Below, in pieces: positions 1 to 15,081 of a stretch of 64,000 nt of DNA. Below the pieces are notes generated by a model. That model was not told the origin of the DNA and did no database searches. It worked only from the letters and a program-made list of their open reading frames with translations. The stretch is from the human T2T-CHM13v2.0 reference genome, Homo sapiens: assembly GCF_009914755.1 (NCBI RefSeq), contig NC_060933.1. One strand, written 5' to 3'. Both the position numbers and the translations under genes were made by a program. Numbering within the stretch: the stretch's first letter is position 1; each line of letters starts with the position of its first letter.

Positions 1-2049
1 ACCCATCACCTTGCATGTCGGACAACAATGGCCTCTGGCATGGGGGTCCACACCTGGCAGGATCCAATCCAGGTCTACTGGGAAGCCAGTCTCACCATCA
101 GACCAGAGGAGGGCAGTTAGCAGTATGTGTGCAAAGCACCTTCTGAGGACTTCAGATAGACGGAGTCATTTAACCCTCATGACATTGGCGGGGTAGATCA
201 CTATCCCCACTTTGGAGACAGGGAAACTGAGGCACAGAGAGCTTTTTTTTTTTTTTTTTTAGCATTCAATGTAACATGGCCAGTAAGTGGCAGGGCCTGG
301 CTTTGAACCCTGGCAGAGGGCTCCAGCATCCTCGCCGTTCTCCACAATGCCACATCACCCTTCAGCCGCAGATTCCCCGGCCTCCCTCATGGGCTTTTCC
401 TGAGGGCAGTAGCCCCCTTGTTAACACGACTTGACCTTCCCTAAGCATTAAGGGATTGGGTCCCCAGTCCGGGCCCTTCCCCCTGGGGAGCTGCTATTGC
501 AGACAATGCTACAGCTTCACAAATCAGACTCCAACAACAGCGCTTATCTGGGAGATGGGACAAAGAACTGGCTGCCCACACCCACGTCTTCAGCCAGAGC
601 TAAGCAGGAGGAGGCTGTGCTGCCCTGGAGACAGATAGGGTGCCAATTCCCACTCACTGCCAGGGGACCTGGGCAGGTGCCTTACCTCAGTTTCCCCACT
701 GAAAAATCACAAACAATCCCACCACATAAATTACAGGGTGGATGCGGGATCTACAAAGAGTTTACAAACAGCTTTATGATCTACATTTACAAACTACCAG
801 ATACTATTACACTTTAGAGATATGCTACTGTCATTTAAAATAAAACTTGCATAACTTCTTGAAAATCCTTAGTCTTTCACTTTATAAGAAGGCTTTATTT
901 TATATTCCCTCATACCTAACAAGATTAACATTTTTTTTCTTTAAAACATTTGATTTATGTAGGGATAGAGATTTTCTTTCTGAAATTTTCCCCGCCCCCA
1001 CCTCTCCTTTTCTCTGTTAACAGTCATTTTACTTTTCTGGATTAAAAACAAACAAAAACCTTCAGCCAGGTTTGAGTCACTGGGGAAGAGTCTGTTCCCT
1101 TAACCAGTCCTTAGCCCCCTCTGAGATGCAGGCACCCCCACCTCTCTGGCAACAGTAAGCTCCTGGCATCTCCTGGGTGTTTTATAAAAGCTCACGGAGT
1201 GCTGAGGGGCTGAATGGATAGGTGATGCAGTCTGAATGGAAACCACCTGCCCCCCGCCCTGCTGGACACGAGTCTTTCCCCACCATCCCAACCCCTAGCA
1301 GGGACCCCACATCCAGCGTGGCACCATGGCCAGTCCTCAGCGATTCTGACATCCTCAGCACCTGCCCTCTTGGTGAGGGGCCCTCCACCTCCTAACTGGT
1401 CTTTCCCTCCCAGTTATTCTTCCCCTTCTGCCCTTCCAACCCCTGTCCACCTCCACACCAGAGGTAACAGACCTTCCAGCCTGCATCTACCTCAAGCCCA
1501 TGGTGTACAGAAGCAAGTCCACATTGTCCAGGCCCTGACTGGTCAAGCTCCATTCCCTCCTCCTGATGGACTGGCCTTGGCCCAGTCCCAGCCAAGCCAG
1601 AGTACCACAGGCTCTCTCAATGAGTCCTGCTCCCTCTTCCCAGATGCCCTTCCAGGTCCGTTCCCCCTCTTTCTCCAAAGTTCAGCTTAGCTCTCAGCCC
1701 AGGTCTTCTCTGGCCCTCATTTCATAGACCCCCTTCTCTGGGCTCCAGAGTATTCTGGGCATCTGCATTTCCCAGCACCAGGCTCTGGCAGAGGGTCTGG
1801 CAGGGGCAGGGTCTCAAGTACTTAGTATGCGTTTGCTGAATGAATGAATGACAGCATCAATCAATCAATCTTCTGCCTCTCCATCTGCACTGACCTTCCC
1901 AATTCTGACCTCCGTCAACCCTGGGGGATGCCAAACCCTCAGGGCTTATTCTAGGTGGAGAGCACCAGAGACGGAATTCCTCTCCTACGACTACTTGTGA
2001 AGGGGTAGCAGGAATAAGGCAGAAATATCCCAGTATCCTTTCAATATTC

Positions 2050-2475
2050 ATGCCCTATTTTTTTTAAGCAACAGAATCCCAATTTTTAGCTGGGCACATT
2101 TCCACACAGTTAAAACATATTTCTTAGTTTCTTTTGCAGTTAAGTATTGTCAGGTGATAAACTTTTGGTAAATGAGATATAATAAAGACTGTGTGGGACT
2201 TTGGGGAAGTCTCTTTAAAAAGGAGGGAATGTGTCCTTTTGCAGTCTCCTTCCATCCTGCTGTCTGGAATGTGGATGTGATGGCTGGAGCTCCAGTAGCC
2301 ATATTGGACTTTGAGGATACAAGCCACATACACTAGTGGGGGTGGAGCAGAGAGCTAGAAGGAGCCTAGATGACTCATCTCCAAACTTTTTGTGGGAAAA
2401 ATCACCTTATTTTTTGTTTAAGGTACCATTATTTTGGTATTTTTCAAATACACATAGTTAAATCCACCTTAATAC
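2050..2475 (+). mobile_element. Old MaLR LTR remnant (MLT1-like)
   Basis: Recalled MLT1 motifs (tggaatgtggatgtgatggctggagctccagtagccat, ggagcagagagctagaaggagcct); boundaries approximate. Confidence 0.55.
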
Positions 2476-3652
2476 AGGTAGAAAGATGAAAATTATTAGT
2501 CTGTCTTTAGCTTCAAAATGGCAAGATGAGAACATGAATTAACTTCATTCCTCTTCCATATTCTCACTGATAACTATAAGTGCATTATTAATGGGGATAA
2601 TTGTTTACTGTTGGAAACTAGGGAAAAGTGCTATCTACATGCCCTTTTGCAAGGGACTGAGAAGTACCCCTGAAGCTGTGGTGACTGGGTCTGGTGGCAA
2701 TCAGCAGGGTTAAAACCTCAGTCCTACTAAAGCCTCCAAGGAAAACACTGGGTTGTGGGTCCATATAGAGAGTGCACCCCTACAGTGTAACCAGCTCATA
2801 TGTTGCCAGAGAGAAACTAAGTAAAAGGAAGAGACCCTGAGCTTGGCCCCCAGCAAGCACAGCCACCTGTGTCAAGTAGAGACAAGGGCACTGCCTCAGC
2901 TAACCTCACACGAACCTAACACACAGAGAGGTCCTCAGCCAGTGGCTGCCAGCCCTCCCCATGGCACTGCCTCAGGCCCCAGCTCCCTCCCTGACCCCAG
3001 AGGCTGCAGAAACTTCTAGGTGGGTGAGTTACTAAAATTAGAGCAAATCTGCACAGCCTGCCTTCCTCTCCCCGTGAACATTCTCGAAGCTCTGTACGTC
3101 AGCTGAAACATACCCCCGTTCCCTACGCTGGACAACCACAACAACCTCTGAACGATGAAGGACAGGTGAACTCGCAGACATGCCAGGTCAGAAAAAGGGG
3201 AAAGGCCAATAAATCAGAACAAATGTCACCCTATGAGCCAGGGACACGATACTTCAAGAAGCAGAAGTGTACTTTGAGATGTGTTCTCTGTACACTCCAA
3301 GAAGGCATAAACATATCAGCAAAAGCAGGCAGCGATCAGCAATACGGAAAGATTTCTTGGAGAAAGTCACTGCTAAGGTTTAAAACACCAAGGAGGCAGG
3401 AATGGCAGACTGTATATGGTAGAAAAGCAAACAGGAGGAGGAAAGCTACGCGCCCTATTTGTTTCTTGAACTAAAATACGAGCTCCTCAACTGCATCTCA
3501 AGTCTGGTGGGGACAATGAGTGATTCTCATGATTGCTCTGCAATTGTGTCAGTTTTTACCTACTAAGCTGCTCACTGGAACGTTCTAAACCAGTGATTAT
3601 ACCCTGGAGGCTGGTGGGCCTGTGGAGGAGTTTTACTTGGCTAAAGCAGTAA

Positions 3653-4260
3653 ATTTTTTAACAGCTTACTGAGATATAATTCATCTACCATAAAATTCAC
3701 CTATTTATACAATTCAATGATTTTTAGTATATTCACAGAGTTGTGTAACCATCACCACACACTTTTAGAACATTTTCATCACCCCCAAAAGAAACCGTGT
3801 ATCCATTCTAGTCACTCCCTACTCTGCCCATTCTACCCGCCTACTCCTCCACCCAACTCTCTGGCAACCACGAATCTACTTTTTGTGTCTACAGATTTGC
3901 CTAGCCTGGACATTTCATATAAATGAAAGCACACCCTACGTGCCTTTTGTGACTGGTTTCTTCCACTTAGCAAGATGTGTTCAGGTTCATCCACGTTGCA
4001 GCATGTGCCAGTATTTCATTCTTTTCATGGCCAAATAACATTCCATGGCACAGGCATATTTTATTTATCCATTCATTAGTCGATGGACATTTGGGTCGTA
4101 TCCACAGTTTGGCTTTCATGAATAATGTTGCTACAAGCATTTGTGTACAAGTTTCTGTGTGGACACATGTCTTCATTTCTCTTGGGAATATACCTAGGAG
4201 TAGGACTGCTGGGTCACACGGTAACTCTATATTTAATATTTTGAGGAAGTGCCAAACTGC
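3653..4260 (-). mobile_element. L1 3'-end fragment (L1MB/L1M-like)
   Basis: ORF 3967..4308 resembles the L1 ORF2 C-terminus (IELPCDPAVLLLGIFPREMKT, PKCPSTNEWINK), followed by an L1 3' UTR. Confidence 0.85.
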
Positions 4261-4631
4261 AGAACAGTATTCTTTTTTTAATGTGAATCTGAATGCTTTT
4301 AAACACATAGCAACTCTCTCAGACCACCACTGACCCTAGATCCAGACACATAACACAGGTTCCTTAGGGTTTACTATTAGCTCACTTTAAGCCTATAAGT
4401 CTGCCAGTCAATCACACACAACAAAAAAAATGTTTTCAGGAGAGGAAGAAACTTTTCTAGAGAGAGCAGTGCTCAAAATTACAAAATTCTATCATAACAA
4501 AGCAAGCCATAAGTCCCCAGGATTTCACAATAACAAACTGAACTAATCCCGCTAAGCACGAATTCTATTTCCTCAACTGTCTCAGTGCAAGAGATCAATC
4601 TAGGCTTGCAAAATGAAAACCTACACATTTA

Positions 4632-4814
<183 letters not shown>

Positions 4815-5459
4815 TCAAACCTTTATAAAGTAGTGGTAATCTTATTTCAAATGAAATTCTATAAGAAACACCAACACAGAAAGCTGATCTCAGCTGGACT
4901 CCTGCAGATGAGGCTGGAGGTGGGTCCTGAGCTACCTGCACCCTCTTCCCCTCAAGGCAGGCCCTCAGCAATCAACAAAACTCCACGTCAGGCTGTGAAG
5001 ACACAGAGAGTCTGGGCCAGGACTGACTGATTCCCTCCAGACTGCGACCCTCAAGTTCTGGAAGTTCCAGCTGCCAGAACTAAAACTCTGCCTTCTGTGT
5101 GAGAAAGCACCATAAATGCCAATGCCTGCAGTAAATGCCAATGCCAGCAAGTCCTTAGCTAGTGTGAGGAAGAACTTAAGAAAGAAGATGGTGGGCTTCA
5201 GACCAGAACCAGGGTTTGGCTCAAGTGTGCAGAGGCTGTGGCCTTCCTGAAGGAAAAAGGCATCTATGTGGAACAGCAGAGCCACAAGGGCACAAGAAGA
5301 TGATTTGGGGTGTCAGAACAGGGAGAATAAAGAAAAGGAGACAAAACCAGCACCTGAGGGGCTTGGAGAAATATTTACTCACACATTCAATAGGGATTTG
5401 CCAAACTAGGAACTGGGGACTCAATAGATACCAAAACAGACAATAAGAAGGCTGACAGA

Positions 5460-5780
5460 GGCCGGGCAGGTCGTGCATGCCTGTAATCCCAGGATCTTGG
5501 GAGGCCAAGGATGAAGGATCACTTGAGGCCAAAAGTTCAAAACCAGGCCTGGCACTATAATGAGATTTCATCTCTACAAAAAATTTAGAAGTAATTAGCC
5601 AGGAGGTGTGATGTGTGTGCCTGTAGTCCCAGCAACTCGGGAGGCTGAAGCAAGAGGATCACTTGTGCCCAGGAGTTTGAGGCCACAGTGAGCTGCAATT
5701 ATGCCACTACACCATTGCACTCCAGCCTGGGCTACAAAGCAAGACCCTGTCACAAACAAACAAACAAACAAACAAACAAA
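5460..5780 (+). mobile_element. Alu (AluJ-like) with (CAAA)n tail
   Basis: Diverged dimeric Alu; TSD-like aaggctgaca/aaggctgata. Confidence 0.9.
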
Positions 5781-6069
5781 GGCTGATAGGCAAGACAGCA
5801 AGGAAGAAGAGAGCAGCATCAAGGTAAATGACAGCATTTCCAGTTTTACAAACGCTGTTTTACAGAAGATGGTCACGGAAAGACTCTCCTATAAGGTGAT
5901 CTATGAGCAGTAAATGAAGGAGTGAGCTATGCAGATATCTGGAGTAAGAGCATTAGGCAGCATCCAGACAGGGAAGAGCAGGTGTAAAGGTTGTGAGGCA
6001 GTGCATGCAGCTTAAAGAAGTGATTAGGAGGCTTAGGTTCCTTCTTTTTTTAACTCATTCATTCAACCA

Positions 6070-6121
6070 ACCTTCCTTCCCTCCTTCCCTCCCTCTTTCC
6101 CTTCCTTCCTTCCTTCCTTCC
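6070..6121. repeat. (CCTT/CCCT)n polypyrimidine microsatellite
   Basis: Read directly from the sequence. Confidence 0.9.
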
Positions 6122-6678
6122 AGCAGTGACTACCACTGTGCCCAATGGACACTAGGTAGCAAGGATGGAGAGGTCCCTGTCATGAAGCTCAGTGTGGCTG
6201 GGAGGATAGGATGAGGAGGATGAAAGCTAATACACAGTGCTATCAGCCAGCCTGTACATGGATGACCCACTTGCTCTTTACAACACCAATGAGGTAGATC
6301 CTATTACTGTCCCCATTTACAGATGAGAAACTGAGGCACAGAAAGGCTTGATACCACATCTTGGGTGAGGTCATCCTGCTAGTCCGTGGCAAAGCAGGGA
6401 CTCAAGCCCAGTGGTCTAGCTACCAGGCCTGTGCTAGGCGCCCACTCTCCACTTTTCTCATGGGTGGTGCATGCTATGGTGAAGAGCAAGAACAGGGGGA
6501 TGTGGGGACAGAGAGAACAGCTGACCCAGCCCAAGGTACTAGGGAAAGCTTCACAGTAGAGAGGCTACTGAGCGAGGATGTATGAGACAAATCAAATCCC
6601 AATCCACACATAATCTGTTGTATTTCATGACACCAAACCTTTGCTCCTGCTGTTCCCTACACATGCAGCCTTGGTCCA

Positions 6679-7644
6679 CAGTGGTGTGCTGGTAAATGTT
6701 TAACAACTGGTTCTCGGGGGAAGGTGTATGCATGTATATAGGCACATAAATCTATTGCAGATTTACTGATATAAAGGATTTATAGCACACAATTTACAAA
6801 TAATAAAAAATACAATATTCTTTCTTATAAATTCCATATAGCCAATTGATTCTCACCAAATGCTTTCATTTGTTTTTGCCCTACTCTTGTACCCACAGCC
6901 AAGGAGTATGGTTCCAACATGAACACTGGCTGAGAGTTTTGTTTACATGAACAAGAAACATAAAAAAGAAACAACAAAGACTTACGTTGGAACTTCAGGT
7001 GAGCAACTTGGCTGAATCAGATAATGGTTTTCAAATACTGGAAGAGTATTTTCTCAATTTTTTGTGCTACTCACAAGATAACGGTTACAGATACAACCTA
7101 CTTTTAAGTTTAATCCTCATTGTTAACATTTTCCCATCACTGCCTAGATTACATGTAGACAATATCTATAAGACAACAAATCAAGCCCCGGATTGCTTGA
7201 GACCAGGGAGGTTGAGGCTGCAGTGAGCTGTGATCACACCACTGTACCCCAGCCTGGGTGACAGAGTAAGACCCTATCTCAAAAAAAAAAAAAGCAAGCC
7301 CTGATTGATGGTGTTTGCCAATTTCCATGGTGTAAATACCCCCATCATAGCCAATTTCAACCTACCAATCTAATGCCCCTGAAAGTGAAGCTGAGCAGAG
7401 ATGCGCAGTAGGAACACATCATTACGGGGTATTCACACTGCAGGTATGAGATATACACAACCTCAAGAGCACAGATAATAAAATATACAAAAATGAGTAA
7501 AAAATACATTTTAAGTACAATATACTGTTATATTTCTATAATTCAGTTAATTCGAAGTTCATGTAATTTGTAAATAATGGTTGTGTTTAACAACCAGCTT
7601 GGGCATGTCCTATAAACTGAACAGTCGGCTCTGGCACCCCACTG
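6679..7644. mobile_element. hAT-type DNA transposon (MER63-like) with an Alu right-arm fragment inserted at about 7190-7293
   Basis: Imperfect terminal inverted repeats CAGTGGTGTGCTGG (6679) and CTGGCACCCCACTG (7644); AT-rich interior; no TSD recognisable. Confidence 0.65.
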
Positions 7645-8019
7645 CCCATCTCTTCCCAGTGTCGTGGTCCAGCTGGAGTGCCCGCTCACCAGGGGAGCCT
7701 ACCATGGCACATGGTGCTTTGCTGATAACAGGTATGACCTCACCTTGTGTTACACTCTAATGTCATTATGTTGAATGTGTCTGTATCCCTGTGAGTTCCC
7801 CTGGGTGCATAGGTTAGGGCATCCAGGGGACTGCCCAAGAAAATTTCCTGGAACAAATGTGAGGCTGAGAAGGTGATGCTGTCACCAGCCTTGCTGCTTC
7901 AACAGGTGGAGTCCAGAGAGGAGGAATGCAGATGGAGACATGAGGCAGGGAAAAGCTCACGTGTCCTTGACTGGGACCAAATATTTCCCAGAAGAATATA
8001 ATAAAAATAGCTCTTTGGG

Positions 8020-8384
<365 letters not shown>

Positions 8385-9239
8385 TCAGGACCCAGGAACT
8401 CTCAACAGGAAAACTAAGCTTTATGAACCAGAGAAATTATTCTACAAAGAAAGTGCTATTGGCCCTCTTCTTTTTTCATCCCAATTAGGACTCTGCAAAC
8501 CATTTTTAATAATGAACAAGAGGGAAAGAGAGTGGGTACAAACAGTCCATACAGACATCCACTGTCTCCACTCTTTTTTGGAAAACAATGGGGCACAAAT
8601 ACCTAACTGAATCTCTAGGGGCTTCAATTCCTGAAAACCTCAGAGGTGGGAGAATTCACGAGTGTGGAACTCAAGACTCCACATAGAAAATATGGTTGGG
8701 GAGGAATGAGTTTGCTGGTGAATCTCTGAGGCCTTGATAAATGATCACACTGGATATCACAAAACAATAAAAGCAGCCCCCAAATAAGGAGGACACCAGT
8801 GGCAGCATGCATTTATCAACTTAGTACAGACTAGAGCCTGTGCAAGTGATTCCAACTTATCTTGCTCAGCAGAACCTGCTCAGCACCCTACTCCTCAGCA
8901 GCTGCAGCGAACTGCCCGCAAACGCATTTGTGAGGGCCACGAACACAATCAGATTTTCCTCCCTGCTGACTTATACTCCTCGATTTGCACCTGCCTGGAC
9001 CCCAGGTCTCACCAAAGCTTCCTCCCTCTTTCCCCCATCCCAGCTCCTACAGGCCTCTAGAGGGCAGTTTAAAAGGATGGGATTCCTTTCTTCATCTGCC
9101 TTTATCTTTCCTGGGGCCTGACTGCAAAGCCTCTGCTCCTGCCCTACCACCCACTCCATCTTCCCTCATCATTCCCGCATGGGGGCTGCAGAGGCTGTAA
9201 TTCACAAGGCAGGTTCCAAGGCTCTCCTGGTTGCAGCAG

Positions 9240-9785
9240 ACATCAACTGCTTTTGCTTGCCCTCACCCATCCCCCTTCTCCTGGAAACAGTATTTCCAAA
9301 TTTTCCTTTGAGGAACTATTTCTCTCCCACTTCCAATACACATATGTCAGTAGGTTGGACCCCAACTCCGCTCCAAAGCAGACAACTGACCGAAGGGGCA
9401 TGGCCAATCACCACATTCCACCCCTGTGGACACAGAGATAGTCAAGGGAGGGCAACTGACCTAGGTCATTATAAATACAGCCAAGCCAATGGCCTTTACA
9501 CTTGGGATTTTGCTGGACCTACTGAGAAAGTAGCACTCGTTCTGCTGGAGTTGAAAAATTGGTGGGAAGACAAAAGTATGCCTGAAGCTGCTTGCCACCA
9601 CTTGGAGAGAACCTACCTGAGACCTGGAAACACTCCCAAAGCACCTGAATTCAGGCATGGTTGAAGCACACCCTAGACACTCCCATCATATGAGCCAATG
9701 AAATGTCAGGTTTCATTTTTTTCCCTTGAACCAGTGTGAGTGGAGTTTCTCTCACTCACAACTGAAAGAATCCTGACAGGTACAG
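9240..9785 (+). mobile_element. Old MaLR LTR remnant (MLT1-like)
   Basis: Recalled MLT1 3' end (tgagccaatgaaat...ccagtgtgagtggagtttctctcactcacaactgaaagaatcctgaca). Confidence 0.5.
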
Positions 9786-10035
9786 GGTCCAGGGAAAGTA
9801 AGTTCGTGTTGGAGAAGCACTTCCATGGGTGTATGTTTGTGCATGTAAACAAAAATCACCTATACTCAAAAACTCTTTGAGGGAGCTTACCATACCTTTA
9901 GCATAGTGAAGACAAAAATACAAGGTACAATCAGAGAAGAGGAGGGACATGTTTGTCGTAAATCTTCTTAAAACCTGACCTAGGATGGTTATAGCAATTA
10001 AGGTCACCTTGCAGTTCCTTGCTGCCAGGTCATCA

Positions 10036-10296
<261 letters not shown>

Positions 10297-11306
10297 TCAC
10301 CTGTAGGGTAGAAATGAGGAAAACAAGACACCCACAACAGGGAACATGGGTGGTATTTGATTCAACATGATGTTTAACCAAGACTATGAAATCTACTTTT
10401 AAAAACATGGAAAGCAGAAATATCATTATCAGAACAATTAGAGGAAAATGCAACCCTGGAGCAGAGATAGGATAAGATCAAATAGCTGCATATTATGAGT
10501 CAGGAACCACCCCGCTCCCCACCCCGCCCCGCTCCCCCAATCCCAGTCCTGCCCTCCAGCTACTTGCATTGTGGCTTTGGCCAAGCCCCCCGAGCTCTCT
10601 GGGCCTCAGTTAACCAGCTGTAAAATGAAAGTCTGGCTTAGGGAGGCACAAAGTCTCTTTCTGCTCTTGATGCTCCTTCATCTACACCAAAGAACACGTA
10701 TTCTTCCCTTTTTCTCATTGGTTAGCTTTAAAACAAAGGCTTTTTACATTAAAATAATTCTAGACGTATAGAAGAGCTGCACAGAGAGAACAGAGTTCCC
10801 ACATACCCCTCACACAGCTTCCTGATATTAATATCTACATCGTCACAGTATAATGATCAAAACTAACAAGCTGACATTGACACAACACTATTAACTAAAC
10901 TACAGACTTCACTCTGTTTCCCTGGCTGTTTTGCTTATGTCCTTATGCTGGTCCAAGATCTGATCCAGGAACCCACACTGCATGGAGCTGTGCTGTATCT
11001 CTGTAGGCTCCTCTGACCTGTGACAGCGCTGTCTTTCCTTGTCTTTCATGACCCTGACACTTGGGAAATCTTGGTCAGGTATTTTGAAGAATGCACATCA
11101 TTTTGGGATTATCTTAAGTTTTCCCATAATTAGATGTGCTTGTGAATGTAGGGGGCAATGAAGTGATATGCCCATTCAGTGCATCGTTATGCAGAGAGGA
11201 CACAGTATCTGATTACTGGTGATGGTAACCTTCATCACTTACATGAGGGGATGTCTGCTGGGTTTCTCCATTATAAAGTCACTATTTTTCTTTTTAATAT
11301 TATTTG

Positions 11307-11703
<397 letters not shown>

Positions 11704-12916
11704 TCACTGAGGCAAGTGTTACAGTGGTGTTCCCATGGTGATTTTCTATTGCCCTCCTTCCTTCCACATTTATTATCTGTAATACTTCTATAAGGAAGAG
11801 TTGTTCTTTCTCTCCTATTTATTTGCTCAATCATTTATTCCTATCAGTACAGGCTCATGGGTATTTTTTAAGCTCTGGGCCATAATCCAATATTACTGTT
11901 ATTTTGTAGCTCATTATTACAGCTTTGGCCATTGTGAGATCTTTCGGGTTGGCTCCTGTACCCTTTTGACATGCGCCATCTTTCTTTTTTTTTTTTTTTG
12001 TCTTTCTTTTTAAAAGTATTTGCCTACTTTCTGACACCACAAAATATTCTAAGCTCATCTTATGTTTCTGCTGACCCAGTACTAGAATAAAACACTTCTC
12101 CAAAGCTTTCCAAGGTCCCTTTTATTAGAGAATGGTATTTAGAAACCAAAATCTGGGTACTAGGTTGCTCACTGGTACTGGGATGTCACTGCTTCTAGGT
12201 CCTCAAAGTGGACAGAGCAAAGACATATATACACTAACCGATGTATACACACATAGCCATATCTACTTTTATATCTACTAACTCTGTGTGTGTGCAACTC
12301 TCTGTGTATTTAAAAGCATGCACTCATACTGATTCATACCGATACCTCTGACTTCAACCCAACATCCACAGAGTTTGTTCTAGCATTTTTCCTTTGATTC
12401 TGTCTCTGACAGTAAAAACTTTGCTACTTATTTATTCAATCCTGGTATATATGTTAAGTGTACATGTACACAAAAAAATTTTTAGCCCATATCCTGGTAA
12501 GGATAACAGAATTGTTAGCCCATATCCTGGTAAGAAAAAAAATATCAACTAGAGTACAGTACTTGTATACAGTACTTTTTGTCTTTAGCCTAATATCCAC
12601 TCAACATACGATTTTCTCCTCCACCTCCTACAATGTGGTTAGGTCATTCATTTGAATACACTTAGATCTTCTGTCATAGTTTGCATTCTATCTTTGGTTC
12701 CTGGTTGATTTTGTTTTTTTTAATTTGCATACAGTAAAAAATAGCTCTGTTGTACACAATTCCATGGGATCTGAAAAACACATAGTGTTATGTATCCACC
12801 AAGAGGGTACCATACAGAAGAGTTCCATCATCCTCTGAATGTCCTTAAGTGGTCCTTTTCTAGCTAATCCCTCCTCCTAATCCCAAGCCATAAAAACAGC
12901 GCTCTATGTTCCATCC

Positions 12917-14241
12917 TGTGACTAGAGACAAAAAAATAAACTATTTTTCCTCTATTCTTACCCCACAACAATCAACACAGAATGTGTCTGTAACCAAAGG
13001 TATGGAGCTTTCTTCCCCTACACACCAATCAATTAATCAGTTCTGCAGTGGACACCAGCTAAGTATCCTCCAATTCAAGTCTGACATGATCTATCCAAAC
13101 ACAGCATCAAATCCCACAGGTTGAGGGCTCAGTCCCAGGAGACTGCCCCCACTTCAGATGCCAACTGAAAGCCCCAGATTGTTTTACCTGTGCTTTTGAC
13201 TGGCTATAAATCAGAGTTCCCACAACTCCCTCCTTGGGTTTGATTAATTGGCTAGTGGCTCACAGAATTCAGGGAAACACTTACTTACATTTATGGGTTT
13301 ATATGGATTATTATTCAGCCATAAAAAGGATGAAATCCTGTCATTCAAAGCAACATGGATGGAACTGGAGGACATTATGTTAAGTGAAATAAGCCAAGAA
13401 TGGAAAGTGAAACACTGCATACTCTAACTCATATGTGGAAGCTTAAAAAGATGATCAATGTAAGTAAAAAGTAGAACAGAGGATACTAGAAGGTGGGAAG
13501 GGAGAGACAGGAAGAGATTTGTTAAAAGGATACAAAACTATAGCTAGATAGGAGGAATAAGTTCTAGTGCTCTATACCACTGTAGGATGACGACAGTTAA
13601 CAATAATATATAGTTTCAAAAAGCTAGAAGGAGGATATTGAATCTTCCCAACACAAAGAAATAATAAATGTCTGATATGATGGATATATAATTACCCAGA
13701 TCTGATCACTATATAGTATATGTATCTAAACATCACTATGTACCCCCTAAATATGTACAATTATTATGTGTCAATGAAAAAAAATAAAAATTTAAAGATA
13801 TTACCATGCATAGGGCAAGGCACGGAGGAAGGGGCAAGGAGCTCCCACACTCTTCCTGGGCATACTACCCTCCAGGAGTCTCCAGGTGTTCAGCTGTTTG
13901 GCTCTCTGAACCCAGTCCTTTTCAGGTTTTCATGAAAGCCTCATTATGGTGGCACAATTAATTAAATCATTGGCCACTGATTATCAACTAAACCTTCAAA
14001 CCCTCTCCCTCTCCCCAGAGGTTATGGGGTAGAGTGAAAGGCTCAACCCTCTAATCCTACCCTCTAATCCTGCCCTGGTCTTTGCTGTGACTGGTTGCCA
14101 TCCTGGAGCTACTTAGGGGCTGCCAGCCATCAGTCAATTCATTAGCACACAAAATGACATCACTTTGGAGATTCTAAGGATTTAGGAATTGTATGACAGG
14201 AAACTGGATGAAGACCAAATATACACTTCACTGTTATCACA
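12917..14241 (-). mobile_element. MER21-like ERVL solo LTR
   Basis: TG...CA ends; the minus strand begins tgtgataacagtgaagtgtatatttggtcttcatcc, like MER21; 5-bp TSD catcc/tatcc. Confidence 0.7.
13305..13795 (+). mobile_element. 5'-truncated L1MA 3' end nested in the MER21 LTR
   Basis: gcaacatggatggaactggaggacattatgttaagtgaaataagcc... ending in an A-rich tail. Confidence 0.85.
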
Positions 14242-14929
14242 TATCCCTACAGTGTTGCTGTTGCCAGAATCTCATATAAATGGAATCACACAATTTGTAG
14301 ATTTTTGGGTCTGTCTTCTTTCACTCAGCATGATGCCTTTAGGATTCATTCAAGCAATCGCACGTATCAATAGTGTGTCCCTTTTTGATGCTGTGTTGTG
14401 TTCTATTATTACATGAATGTACTACAATTAGTTTATCTATTCACCTGTTGAAGAACATTTGGGATGTTTCCAGTTTGGGGTGATTATTTTTTAAAACTAA
14501 TGTAAAGGTTCACAGATTTTTGTGTGAAGAGAAATTTTTTAAAAATCCACCTAGTAGTCAGTTAGCTGGGTCATATCATAAGTGAATGTTTAGTTTTATA
14601 AGAAACTGCCTATCTTTTTCAAGGTGGCTGTACCATTTTGCATTCCTATTAGCAATGAATGGGAGTTCCAGTAGTTCCACATTTGTCACCAGCAACTGTA
14701 CCTTTTTAAATATTAGCCAGTCTGACAGGTATATAGCTCTATCTTAATTATGGTTTTAATTTGCATTATCCTAGTACCTAATGGTTAAACATCTTTTCAT
14801 ATGCTTATTTGCCATCTTTATATTTTCTTTGATGAAGTATCTGTTCAAATATTTTGCCCATTTTTACATTTATGTTTTATTATTGAATTGAGGGTTCTTT
14901 ATTTAGTCTGGAAAAAAAGACTTGATTCT

Positions 14930-15081
14930 TTATAGAGATAGGACCTCACTCTGTAGCCCAGGCTGGAATGCAGTGGCAACATCACAGCTCACTGCAGCCT
15001 TGAACTCTAGGGCTTAAGCAATATTCCCATCTCAGCCTCCCGAGTAGTTGGGACCACAGATATGAGCCACTGCACCTGGCT
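14930..15081 (-). mobile_element. Monomeric Alu (FLAM-like or AluJ fragment)
   Basis: Single-arm Alu sequence. Confidence 0.75.
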
